Below, piece after piece: positions 46,193-57,100 of a stretch of DNA of 59,458 nucleotides. Source of the DNA: a virus (lineage: Duplodnaviria; Caudoviricetes); IMG/VR virus record IMGVR_UViG_3300037246_000768, positions 1-59,458 of that record. One strand, 5' to 3'. Every line of letters starts with the position of its first letter. The first letter of the stretch is position 1. Both the position numbers and the translations under genes were made by a program. The notes under the pieces were generated by a model. The model did no database searches. It saw nothing but the letters and a program-made list of their open reading frames with translations, and was not told where the DNA came from.

Positions 46193-46603
46193 CTAATCCC
46201 ACCTCCCCTGAGCCTTAAACTCCGAGAAAAGCATGGCGTCCACACCGTCAGGGAAAGGCCGCACGAAGCCCTCTATCATGTCGAGCCCCTTGTTGGTCAC
46301 TCGGCATGCGTAGAAAACCTCTCCTACCGCCCTATCCGTGGGCCACAGGGGCAACGTGAACTCGCCATTGGTCGGGTCTATGGTCGCCGTCACCTGATAA
46401 CCTACGAGCTCGTGGCCACTGGTTGCGTCGACCGCACTGGTCGGCCTGCCGTGCCTGTCCACGAGCGTAAGCAGGATCTTCCACCCCGCCTTGAGCGTCG
46501 TGCTGATCCCCGAGAAGCCCTGCGCCACGTTGTTGAGCGTGCGGGTGGTGAGCGGATCAGAGAAAAATCCAGGTGAAACGTATCCGTCAACTACGTAAGG
46601 CAT
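46193..46603 (-). CDS. Hypothetical protein of the fibre module (beta-sandwich-like)
   Basis: 136 aa; YVVDGYV start and GEFTLPLWPT; no signal peptide. Confidence 0.5.
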   Translation of the reverse strand: MPYVVDGYVSPGFFSDPLTTRTLNNVAQGFSGISTTLKAGWKILLTLVDRHGRPTSAVDATSGHELVGYQVTATIDPTNGEFTLPLWPTDRAVGEVFYACRVTNKGLDMIEGFVRPFPDGVDAMLFSEFKAQGRWD

Positions 46604-46616
46604 GATCTACTCCAGT

Positions 46617-46874
46617 CTATTCGTGCCAGTGGCCCTCAAAGCAATGGCGCAATTCGTGGCCAATCGTCTCGTTGTATTGCCCAGTGAGACGGTACTCGCT
46701 TTCTTCGAGAATAAATATATCGCAAGACAATTCATCCCAAACAGCGTGCCCGAGAACGGTTGGCCCGAAGGAGGACTCCATTTCCTCGGGGGTGATGATA
46801 TGCTGTTGCACGAGCACGCCGTCACCGCACCCGACGAAGAATAGTAGAGGCAGGGCTATCAGCAGGGGTTTCAT
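46617..46874 (-). CDS. Small lipoprotein with HEXXH motif
   Basis: MKPLLIALPLLFFVGC lipobox; TIGHELRHCFEGHWH. Confidence 0.65.
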   Translation of the reverse strand: MKPLLIALPLLFFVGCGDGVLVQQHIITPEEMESSFGPTVLGHAVWDELSCDIFILEESEYRLTGQYNETIGHELRHCFEGHWHE

Positions 46875-48340
46875 TAGTTCACGCTCCTTGATGTTTCATA
46901 CCAAACGGCATCTATATATACAAATTCTATTATGTCGCCTTGTACGCCACCATTCCAATCCGCACCGCCTAACAACACTAGCGTTGCGCCATCTTTGAAG
47001 TCTACACCTACACCTTGTATCCAGAGTGTTATTTTCTGTCCCTCGGTACCGTCGTCGAAAGTTGTTATATTGTGTGTTGCGGCAGTTTTAAAAACGTTCC
47101 CACCAGCAACAGAAGGCGTATCGTCTCCACTTGAGAAAGTGATAACCGCTAGAGGGAGTACAGCCCCGCCACCCGCTGCGTCGGCGTGGTCATGTGCGGC
47201 GTTGGCGAAGCTCGCTATGGTTGGCACCAGGAGCGTATTGCCACCGCCCGCTGCGTCGGCGTGGTCATGTGCGGCGTTGGCAAAGCTCGCTATGGTTGGC
47301 ACCAGGAGCGTGTTGCCACCGCCCGCCGCGTCGGCGTGGTCATGTGCGGCGTTGGCAAAGCTCGCTATGGTTGGCACCAGGAGCGTGTTGCCACCGCCCG
47401 CCGCGTCGGCGTGGTCATGCGTAGCGCTCGTGTAGTCGGTGATGGTGGGGGTTGCGATGGATGTGTCTACGTAGGCCTTAACCGCCTTCTGCGTCGGCGC
47501 GTAGTGGTCGCTATTATCGGTGAATGCCACATCAGCCGCAAGCTCCGGCTTAGGATCAATGCCTATAACGCCCTGCGAGGGATTGTCAGCTATAACAAGT
47601 CCAACCTCAACAGTGAAGTGTGGCGATCCGGGCGGGGTGTTGACAACGGCACCGGGAGTAGTCGCAGATAAAAAGAGGTGGTCACTTTCGCTGAACGCCG
47701 AAGTGTCAAGATCGCGCACCGCACCAAAGCGGGTGACGTATCCAAATCCATTGTTTGCTATTCCACCGGGGGTTGTAATCATCCCGATATTGTGGCTCGT
47801 GTCATGGTCGGAGGCGTCGGTCAGCCCCACAACCAAATGGATGCCCGTTGACCCAGCGACGTAAACCATATCGCCATCGTCTACAGCGGAGCCGCTTTCA
47901 TTCTTTACCCACAGCGGTAGCTCTTGGCCTATCTGCATAACGACGCCGCCGGGAAGGCCGAGGTCTAAGGTCTTAGAGGTGTCGTTCCACGCAAGCTCGC
48001 CTGTCCCTACGGTAACGACTGCGCCAGTGTCGAAGGTTATGGACTCAACCGCGTCGAGGGTGGACAGCAGGCCCCCGCCAGCAGCGCCTAGGTGGTCGTG
48101 CGTAGAATTGGTGAAGTCGGCCACGGTAGGCGCCGAGAGCGTAACCCCTGCGTCCGTCCCGTCAAGCAGGCTCGCATGCGTGTAGAAGTTGGTATCGAGC
48201 TCGCTCCAGGTAACGGTGGTTCCCTTGCCTGCGCCCCACGGCCCTGCGTCGCGGTAGACTATGGCGGCCCAGGCGGGTACGCAAAGGGTGAAAATAAGCG
48301 CGGCGACAACCGCCAGCGTGCGTAGGGATTTGCCGTTCAT
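46874..48340 (-). CDS. Tail-fibre-like protein with N-terminal Sec signal peptide
   Basis: Leader ending AWA-A; KGTTVTWSELDTNF, HDH repeats, GELAWN..QIGQE module, tailspike-like C-terminus. Confidence 0.7.
   Translation of the reverse strand: MNGKSLRTLAVVAALIFTLCVPAWAAIVYRDAGPWGAGKGTTVTWSELDTNFYTHASLLDGTDAGVTLSAPTVADFTNSTHDHLGAAGGGLLSTLDAVESITFDTGAVVTVGTGELAWNDTSKTLDLGLPGGVVMQIGQELPLWVKNESGSAVDDGDMVYVAGSTGIHLVVGLTDASDHDTSHNIGMITTPGGIANNGFGYVTRFGAVRDLDTSAFSESDHLFLSATTPGAVVNTPPGSPHFTVEVGLVIADNPSQGVIGIDPKPELAADVAFTDNSDHYAPTQKAVKAYVDTSIATPTITDYTSATHDHADAAGGGNTLLVPTIASFANAAHDHADAAGGGNTLLVPTIASFANAAHDHADAAGGGNTLLVPTIASFANAAHDHADAAGGGAVLPLAVITFSSGDDTPSVAGGNVFKTAATHNITTFDDGTEGQKITLWIQGVGVDFKDGATLVLLGGADWNGGVQGDIIEFVYIDAVWYETSRSVN
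47172..47419. repeat. 75-bp tandem repeat, about 3.3 copies
   Basis: TCGGCGTGGTCATG recurs at 47181, 47256, 47331 and 47406; encodes HDHADAAGGGNTLLVPTIASFANAA. Confidence 0.95.
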
Positions 48341-48343
48341 CTT

Positions 48344-50290
48344 TTATCTCCTCATAAGTATGGTTCTAAAGACGTTTTGCCATGCGCCACCCACGGGCAC
48401 ACCAGCCTTAACGCTGACCTCCTCGGAGAAGTCCGAAGCTGGACGCCCCATGAAGCTATTATTCAGCACTGCGAAAAAGTATGTGACCCCATTGGTAAGC
48501 GATCCTACCACTTCACCAGAGGACACACCAATTATTCGCGTACTCGCACCGGTCACAGGCGACGAAGTATCCCAATACAAGTCCTGGTCGCCAGCGTCGG
48601 CACCCTCAACCCACGTTACCGTTACCTGCTGGTCTGCGGGGGTGGCTACCACACTGGTCGGCGCTGCAAGGATGATATTAAGCTCTACCGTGTCGACGTC
48701 GCCCCATCCGTTTACAGCGTCGAAGCCGCGCATGGAGATTACATTGACAGCGTAGTCGAGCGCGCTGGGGTCAATGTCGGCGGCGGCGGTCTTGCTCGTT
48801 GCCGTGCCCGTCAGGCTGTCGAATGAATTACCGCTACCCTCTCCGGGGTCTGCGCCAAAGAACCACTCGGCGTCCGTTATCGTTTCCGAGGCGGTGTCGA
48901 TGTCGCAGCTTATGGCAACGCTGGTCGAACCCTTCGGCGTTGAGGTGGGTATGACTGCGGCGTTGGTGGTTATGGGGGTGACAGCGGCCGGGGTATACAC
49001 TATGAAAGCAGAACCCTGCTGCTGGACGTTTGGGAATGTTTCCGAGAGCGGGTCAGGTAGGGGCACCGTAGCTGGGTCTTGGCTTGTTTTAACCCATATA
49101 GCCTGCCCGCTACCTGTGCCGTCGTATCTATAATCGTGGCCGGTATCATTTGCTGCCAGAGCAAAACGGTACTTTTCACCGGACGTTATTGCTGGTTTTG
49201 TACTGTAGTCATATCTATTCCACCACCCGCCGCCAGAAGAATCGGCGCTATCTGGAGCCTGTAACAACTCACTATCGGGTACCACATCTGCGGTTGTTGA
49301 TGTTGCGTCTTCGTATACTCCTACTCGCGTAGCGGCAAGCCCCGTGGTGTCAGCATTTAGCCCAAATACTAGCTGGTCTACATCCCCGCTTTCAGATGCT
49401 AACCAGCCCGTTGTGTTCAACGTATCCCCAAAAGTATACAGGAAGTCTGCCGAGGCAGACCACGTAGAAGCCCCCATAGAGTTATACCCCAGGTCTGCGC
49501 TCACGGCTATAGTCTGAGGGTTCCCAATCCCCCGGCGCGTCATATCAGCGTCAAACTGTGCATTTCTGAAAAACACTTTGTCGAAAACGCCGTGCGACAC
49601 TTCTCGATATCTGCCGTATGCCCAGCCTGTTATTTCCCCATTAAGCCAGCCGATTGCGACCGGGCGGGGAAGGTGGGTAATCTTGCCGGTGGTGTACCGA
49701 TGGTGGCCGCCGCTGTTGCGCTTGTCCAAATGATAAATGGCGATGGAGTAGGGCACCCAATCAGGGTAGGTCGAACCGGGCAGGAAGTTGGCGGGGTCTT
49801 GGATGGTAAAACTGCAATCATCCACCATGCCGCTAAATTCAATGCGCTTCGGTATCCACTCACCTTGCGGAATATTCGCAACGGGCATTCCGCTGTAGAT
49901 CAGGGCTACGCCGTTGCCGAGGTAGTTCTCCAGCGCGTCGGGTACACGGGCACTTTGGAGGTCAACCAACTGGAGGAAGGTTGCGCCGTAGATGTGATTT
50001 TTTAGCGGGATTTTCCAGCCGTAGGGAGTTTCCACCATCGGGCCGTCGTACTCCAGACCCACCGGCTGCATGTAAAGCACATCGGTAGAGCCGTCCTGCC
50101 ACGGGTAGAGGGCAAGAGCTTTGGCGTCCAGGTCGAGGTAAAACGATCCACCGCGCTCAATGGCGTCGGCTTGCTGAGATACCCCCTCGTTGAGCCACGC
50201 GCCGTTAAGGCGTCGCCAGCCGTCAGGCGCAGCAATAGCCGTTGAGGCCAGGAGAACTAGGGCGAGGAGGGAGAGGGCTAGTTTACGCAT
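48344..50290 (-). CDS. Signal-peptide protein with Ig-like/Fn3 C-terminal domains
   Basis: Leader MRKLALSLLALVLLASTAIA-A; APTSVVATPADQQVTVTW..LTNGVTYFFAV Fn3 pattern. Confidence 0.7.
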   Translation of the reverse strand: MRKLALSLLALVLLASTAIAAPDGWRRLNGAWLNEGVSQQADAIERGGSFYLDLDAKALALYPWQDGSTDVLYMQPVGLEYDGPMVETPYGWKIPLKNHIYGATFLQLVDLQSARVPDALENYLGNGVALIYSGMPVANIPQGEWIPKRIEFSGMVDDCSFTIQDPANFLPGSTYPDWVPYSIAIYHLDKRNSGGHHRYTTGKITHLPRPVAIGWLNGEITGWAYGRYREVSHGVFDKVFFRNAQFDADMTRRGIGNPQTIAVSADLGYNSMGASTWSASADFLYTFGDTLNTTGWLASESGDVDQLVFGLNADTTGLAATRVGVYEDATSTTADVVPDSELLQAPDSADSSGGGWWNRYDYSTKPAITSGEKYRFALAANDTGHDYRYDGTGSGQAIWVKTSQDPATVPLPDPLSETFPNVQQQGSAFIVYTPAAVTPITTNAAVIPTSTPKGSTSVAISCDIDTASETITDAEWFFGADPGEGSGNSFDSLTGTATSKTAAADIDPSALDYAVNVISMRGFDAVNGWGDVDTVELNIILAAPTSVVATPADQQVTVTWVEGADAGDQDLYWDTSSPVTGASTRIIGVSSGEVVGSLTNGVTYFFAVLNNSFMGRPASDFSEEVSVKAGVPVGGAWQNVFRTILMRR

Positions 50291-50302
50291 GAGCTACCTC
50301 TT

Positions 50303-50749
50303 CTATTGCGTGAACACGTAAAAATATATGACTCCGGTGTTTGCGTCGCCTATCCCGGTGCAGGTCAGCGTATGGAGGCCTATCGTATAGGGTGCGACAA
50401 CGGTGGTCGTGTCCTGCGCCATGGGGTAGACCTGCTCGGTGGCCGTAGTGCTCCGCCCGGTGACTACTCCGCCCAGCACATCCACTCCGTCTGCGTCAGC
50501 GAGGGTACATGCCCACACGCCGCTAGGCGCTTCACCCCCATCGCCGGGGTTCGTCACAACGCGCATGATGTAGCCCGAGAGAAAGAACGTCCCGGTAGCG
50601 TTCGTCGCGTCGGCCGCCAACGAACACGCGTATTTTGCCGTGTCGCCGTCCTGCTTCGAGCAAGAGATTGTGCCGGCTGCGTAGGCCGATACGCAAAGGG
50701 CGACTGACATAACTGCTGCGATCATGGTTACCAGTAATATTTTACGCAT
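50303..50749 (-). CDS. Signal-peptide beta-rich protein
   Basis: Start 50749 after a GAGGAG RBS; MRKILLVTMIAAVMSVALCVSAYA-A. Confidence 0.65.
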   Translation of the reverse strand: MRKILLVTMIAAVMSVALCVSAYAAGTISCSKQDGDTAKYACSLAADATNATGTFFLSGYIMRVVTNPGDGGEAPSGVWACTLADADGVDVLGGVVTGRSTTATEQVYPMAQDTTTVVAPYTIGLHTLTCTGIGDANTGVIYFYVFTQ

Positions 50750-50780
50750 GTGGATCTCCTCGTTGTTACGGTATTGGCGG

Positions 50781-51047
50781 CTAAGCACCGCCGACTAGGT
50801 ACTTGGCGACTGCGGCCTTTACGGCCAGCCCTATGGCGCCAAGGACGAATAGAACCACAGCGGTTATGACAACCTTGGTTGTGGTCTTCTTGGCAGTTTC
50901 CATGCTCCGAGAAAAGGCCCGCATGTTGGGCCAGACGTGATCGAACTCTTCTTGCGAAACGCTAAAGCGGCATGAGTGTTCGTGATGCTCATTGAGTGCC
51001 GAAACAATGGCTCTCACGTCTTCGTCAGTTAAGTTACGTGCGCTCAT
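50781..51047 (-). CDS. Single-TM membrane protein (holin-like)
   Basis: Start MSARNLTDEDVRAIV; C-terminal VVITAVVLFVLGAIGLAV. Confidence 0.55.
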   Translation of the reverse strand: MSARNLTDEDVRAIVSALNEHHEHSCRFSVSQEEFDHVWPNMRAFSRSMETAKKTTTKVVITAVVLFVLGAIGLAVKAAVAKYLVGGA

Positions 51048-51125
51048 TATTCCCCTTAATCCCTGCGAATAGCCGCAGCGTCTCTCGGTCGTCAATGGCT
51101 TCACCTCTCGGATGAACCTAGTATG

Positions 51126-54100
51126 TTACAAATCTTTCCTGTAAAGCAACGTAGAATCCGACTCTGCTGCGTACCTGCGTAGCTTCTCAGCCACGATGTT
51201 TATGCGCTCAGTGAAGTGGTCTACGATGGCCTGGCGGTCTTCGGCAGTCGTGTTCGGACTACGCAGCCGCTTCGCCATGGCCGCCTTCGAGTCTGTGATC
51301 TCCCGCTGCAGGTCGCGTATGTTCCAGCTGCGAGTCTCCACCGGGTCGTAGTTGTAGAGGTTGACGCCTATCAGCCTGGCCAATGCGTCGCCGTGCGTAG
51401 ATCTCGGGCGGCCGCGCGCGTCGAGCTTGCCGGTAAGTGCGTCGATCTCTTTACCCAGGAAGCCCTTGCCGCCGATATTCACCCAGCTTGGCGCGGCCAT
51501 ATTATACATATAGGTGAACACGGCCTGTAGCTTCTCACCAGGCGGCGCGTACGGGTCTACAATGGGCCGCTGGGAGAAGGGGTCGATGTTGGTCTTCACT
51601 GCAGTTATAATGTCGTATGCTGGGGAGCCTGCGAAGCCTAGGCCAGATACCAGCTTGAATACGTCGTCCACTTCGCGGTCTTTTCCTGCGATCTTGCCTA
51701 CCCTGTAGAGCGATTCGCTCCACGCCGACCACGGGAAGAAGTAGCCGATGTCCACGACTTTCCAGCGCCCCTGCTCGTCCTTGACCGGCAGGATGTACGC
51801 ATGGCCCTTCTCCTGAATCCAGCCAGGCATGGCGGCCATGAGCTTGTCGTACTCCTCGTCGTCCACGTCCAGCGACTGAGCTACCGCGTACGGAATAGCC
51901 ATCGTGGCTGCCATGAAGGGTAGGCTGTGCATCGGGTGGTTCACCATGGAATCGAGGATGCGCGGCAAAACCTTGAGCGTGTAGGTGATAAATGGCGACC
52001 CGAGGTAGTGATCGCGCGCAGCCTTAACGGTTGGCGAAACCTCGGAGTAATCGAACAGCCACTTGTGCGCCGAAAGAGCGGCCTGCTCCGGGCTCTTCCC
52101 GTGCTTCTCTATCTCGTCGATGATCTTAGCGGTCTTGCCCAATGCTTCCATCAACTGATAAACGTCGCCAGTCGCGTTCATAAATGTGGCGGCCATGAGC
52201 TTCATAGTCGTGAAGAAATTGCCCCCGCTCTGGCGGTTGGTAACGTCCAGCAAGTCCGTCTCGATGCGCTGGAGCTCGGTGTTTGAGAACGTGGCCTCGG
52301 TGACTCCGTACTTCTTGGCTATGCGCCAGTAGTTCCCGTTATTGCGTATTTCGCCGGCCGCTCTGGACATAAGGCCGGGTATCCGGTGCCAGCCTATGCC
52401 GCTCATGCCTAGCATGATACCGTTGGAAACAAAGTTGCGCACCTGGCCGGAGACGTTGGCGGCAGTTTTAGACCACTTCCAAACTCTGATCGACTTTTTC
52501 AAGAATGTGTCAAGCTGCTTGCCCAGCCCTTCGTCTCCGATTGCTGTGCGAACAACACCCACCAGATCGTTGGCAATCTCTTTGCGTACGACCATGCCGC
52601 CGAGGGGCCCGTACTTCTTGCCCTTCGGTATCTGTGCGTAGCCCTCTGGCATTGGGGTTCCTTCGGGCGGCCCGAACTCTTTAACCAGCGCGTCCATGCG
52701 GTCGGCGATCTTCGCTGCTTCTGCGCGCTTCTCTTCGTTCATCAGGTGAAGAGAAGTTCTAATCCGGTCGCGTTCTGTCGCCAGCCAAAACACGCTTACG
52801 AGCTTGCCGCCCTTGAGTTTTGGCACACCACGCACCTGCTCGCCCACTCCTGCACTCCGGGCTTTGCCACGGTTCCAGTCGAAAGGGTCTATCTCTGCTA
52901 CGCGCCGGCCAAGCTCTGCGTGGTCTGCCATGGCTTGCGCACGGTTGGGGCCCACGATCCCGGCCAGGTTCTCGGGGCTCACGTTGTCGTGCTTGATATT
53001 CTCTTCAACGATCTCTTGCGCCTTGATGGTGTAGGTGCCGTCAGCGTTCTTCTTGTACCGATACCACCGGCCTAGCTTCTTCCAGCCGCTCTTCTTGTAC
53101 GTTTCCTTGCCGCGAATCTTCTCCATGGCCGGGGTGCCCTTACCTTCACGCACGGCGTTGGCCACCTTTTCATTGCCGAAGAAGTTGTTGAGCTCGGAGG
53201 CGTTCACGTTCTCATGTGTGAAGACCTTGCGCGATCGCTTTACGCGCTGCATCTTGTAGGTGCCGTCTTCGTTAATGTCGTAAGACCACGGGCCCAGCTG
53301 GTAGCCGGGGCTCTCCTGCCATGCCCATTCGACCAGCGAGCCAGGGAGCACCCAGTCATGGTGCTTGGCTATGTCGTTCAGCCAGTCGAGAATAACCACG
53401 TCGCGCATCGGGAGGTTATACGCACGAGACACCAGATATGCAGGGTCGGTGATCTCTCCGTTGGCGATACGCTGCTCATCGGTCATGTTTTTGTTGCGCT
53501 TCTTTGTGTAGCCAAGCCCCATCTTCTTCCCGGTGCTCATGGCTTTTACGCCCTCTTCACCGATGAGATATTTGAGGTAGACGCGCGGCAGATACTGGCC
53601 TCTATTTTCGTCGATTACATCCTGCGGCAGCAGCCTGTGAGCCACCAGTATGTCGCCAACGGTTTCAACGGTCTGCTTTGCTTCCTGCGCGGCCTTGCGC
53701 CACTGCTCCGGTACGGCGTTAATGTCGGCCTCTTTGTTGGTGAGGTATTCGTAGACCAGCTTCGCGTCTTCGCCACTCAGGTCACGCAGCATCTTGTAGA
53801 GCTTGGCAGTCTTCTCTTTGACATCCCCCAGCAGGCCAAGAGCTATGTACCGGCGTGCCTTGTACTCGTCGGCGTCCTCAAGGCCCATGAGCGGGGATGC
53901 AATAGCGTTGTCGGTGCCGTCTATGATCTTGTTCGCACGGTCACGCAAAGACATCCGGGTCGCCGCCTGGGCGGGGCTCGGGTCGGTCTCTTCAGCCAGG
54001 GAGTAATCTGCACGCGCCACAGGCTTGCGATCGCGATAGTCTCGCTTGGCGAGCTCTCCGCTTTCGAGGTCTGCGAACACGTCGTCAGCTGCGAGGTAAC

Positions 54101-57100
54101 CGTAACCGGTAAGCGCGTTTTTGATGCGCTCAAGGAAGGCCTGCAGCTTTTTGAAGATGCGCTGCGCCTGGGCGGTGATCCCGTCCTTGTTACCCATGAC
54201 CCAGCGTGCGTAGGCGTCAGCCCTTGTCTCGGCGCCGGCCTTTGCTTCTGGCGGGTATTTCTTGTCGAGCACCGCGCGCTCTTCTTTGGTAATAAGGCCC
54301 ATGTTTTCGGCGACGTGAAAGAGCTCGTGATAACCGGTCTCTTCGGTGGCTGCGTCCATGGCCAGGCGGATAAGGCTACGCATCGAGCCGTCAGAGAAGA
54401 CCTGCGTTTCCGCATGGCCTGCAATCTTAACTTGCTGCTTGCCTTTGCCGTGCGCTTTGCGCGCTTCTTCGGTGATCTCTTCTGGGTCAATGGTCTCCAG
54501 AATGCCGAGGTTGACCACGGCCCCACGCGGCAAGGCCTTCTTTAGCGCGGTGCGTATGCGCCTGATAGCCTTGATGTTTAGGGCTACGACCTCTCCCTCT
54601 TCGGTGACTGAGAACGCTTCCTGCGTGGCCGCTTCGGGGTTACGCACCGAGTAGCGCACGTCTTTTTCGTACACGATTTCGAGCACGCGCTGCAGATTTT
54701 TCTTCGGGAAGAAACCGACTTTTGATTTGCGGGTGCCACGGCCTACGTCTTGGAAGCCGCGCTCGCTCTCCATGAGGGCCAAGAGATCTTTGTCGAGAAA
54801 GAACACTGCGCCGTCGCGCTTGGTGTGCGGTACGCGTAGCTGGTGCTGCCCGTTATCGTCGCGGAAGACGCGCACGCCGTCTCGGGTAGTGGAGATCGAC
54901 TGTACCGCTTCTTCGGGCTGCGCGTTAAGCCAGCTGGCCGCTTCCTCCGGGTTCACGGAGCGCCATGCCCTGAGATTGTCGATGCCTTCCTGGTCTACGC
55001 TCGTGGGAACAAGTATGCCCTGCTCTTTCGTGCCGTCTGCGCGGGTGAAGGTGATGACGCTACCGTTTTTGACAGCGCCAAAGCCTGCGAGCAGGTTGCC
55101 GGTGACGATGTAGCGGGTGGCCTTCGTCTCTTTCGGTGCGTAGGTATCCCAGTTCTTGCGTATTTCGCCGCTAAAGTTCTCACGGCTGCCGGCGAGCATC
55201 GCGTACTGCATCATGCGTAGCGAGACGTTGCGGTCGTGCGACGCCAGGGCGAAGTTGAATTTTATCTTGCTGCGCGCTGACGGGTTGCCGGTGCCCTTGG
55301 CCACTGTCACGCCAGTTACGACTGCTGGCACGCGCACTCCGGTTTCTTCATCGAGCATTAGCATGTGCGAGCTACCGATAGTGTAGCGCTCGATCATGTC
55401 CTCGGCCTGCGTGAAGGTGCGGTGCGCCTCGGCGATCATCTGGTCGAAGAATGCAACCGACCGCTCTTCCACAAGGGCTATCTCGCGCTTCTCCATCTGC
55501 GCTGCGACGTAGTCGTCGTAGGCCTTCCTGAGATCGCTGACGATCTTTGCGCTGTGCTCAACCGGCTTATCGCCTGCCAGGGCCTTGGTGACTATCTCTT
55601 CGAGCTTGAGTCCTGAGTAGGGCTTGTTCATGTTGCGCACGAGCATTTCTTCGAGCACCGCGTCGGCCGCGAAGGGGTTGTCCGGGTCGGTGCCGGTGTG
55701 GACTACGTCTTTGCGCTGCGTCTCTGCGCGAAAATCAATGTCTTCGGTGACAAGGTTGTTCTGGCCAATCGAATTAAGGTACTCGATATGCGCTTCAAAC
55801 ATTTCGGTCACTTCTGAATAGAACCGCCCCTGCGTTTCAGCCGGCAGCAGCGCTATGCGTCCAGAGGCTTTGCGGAAAAAGCCGACCACGTCTCCGCTCT
55901 CGTCACCCTGCGCGACACTCATGCTTATCATGCTGGCCACGTCCGGGTTGGACTGCAGCCACTGGGCCACCATGGCGTCGCCGTACTGGTTCATCATGTC
56001 GGGGATGTGCTGCGAGAACGCACTATCTGCGTCGGCAGAGGTGTTCGCGCTCATGGACTTGAGCTTGCCTTCGAGCACAACGGCGGGGCGCGTCTCTGCA
56101 GGCAGGGCGGTGTTGAAGAAGGTATAGCTCGGCTTCTGCACTTGGCCTTTGCGGAAGATGCGGCCAAGCATCTGAATGACGGTATCAACGTTCAAGTCAG
56201 CCTGGGCGACTATCATGTGCCTCGGGCGCTTGTCGGCGGTCTTCGCGGTGGGGTGAAGAGAGAGCCCGGTAGACCCTGCGCGGTTGATTATCAGCGCGTC
56301 AATATCGCCCTCGTTAAAGCCACGGATGGTCTTCTTGCGGTTGGTATCCTGGGCGCTGCGCTTTTTGATGATGCCCTTGTTGCCCTGCATGTCGATGTAG
56401 ATGTCTCGACCAGTGATCTCACCGGTGCGTATGCCGGCAGACTCAAGACGCATACGCATTCTGTCTATCGGCGAGCTCGTAACGCCCGTCACTAGATCTT
56501 CGATGCGGGTCTTCACACGTAGGTAGGAGGCGTAGGCGTCGGGCGCGTGCTCGGCAAGCTGCATTTCCGTGAGGTAATGAGCGGTCTTCTTGTCCTTCTC
56601 GTCCTTCACGGTGTAGCGGAGCGTGTTGCGTAGGGCCTTCAAGAGCACGGATTTAAAGCTCGTGCCTATCTCGTCACCCAGTTTTAGGTTTTCAGCCGCC
56701 ATCATGTCGTGAAGAAAGGAGCCCATCGTGTTCATAAGGCCGATGACAGGCTTCTCTCCACGCTTGAATGCGTCAATAGCCTCGTTGGCCACCGCGTCTG
56801 CCTTGATAGCCAGGAGCATTTGCGCCACGTAGTTGTGGACAACCGAAGGAAAGGCCACGCTGTTCACCTTGAAGTTGTCTTGGCCGGCCTCGGCCACATG
56901 CCCTTCCTCTTCAAGTAGTGCCGGCCATGCTGCCTCCATTTCCTCCTGCAGGTCGCGGCTGAAAGTTACAAGCCGGCGCATTTCACTGGTGAGCTTGTCT
57001 GCGTCGACTGCGTCACGCACGGCGTTATCGTCGTCGACCTTGCGTACCATCTTATCTATCTGGGAGAAGTCCTGCTCGCGCCGGATGTAGTGGCCACGCT

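Noticed and set aside
47172-47419. CRISPR array or DGR template/variable repeat
   Set aside because: In-frame coding tandem repeat with no spacers; no cas or reverse transcriptase gene recognised
53214-54545. 443-aa plus-strand ORF
   Set aside because: Antisense shadow of the giant gene in GC-rich DNA
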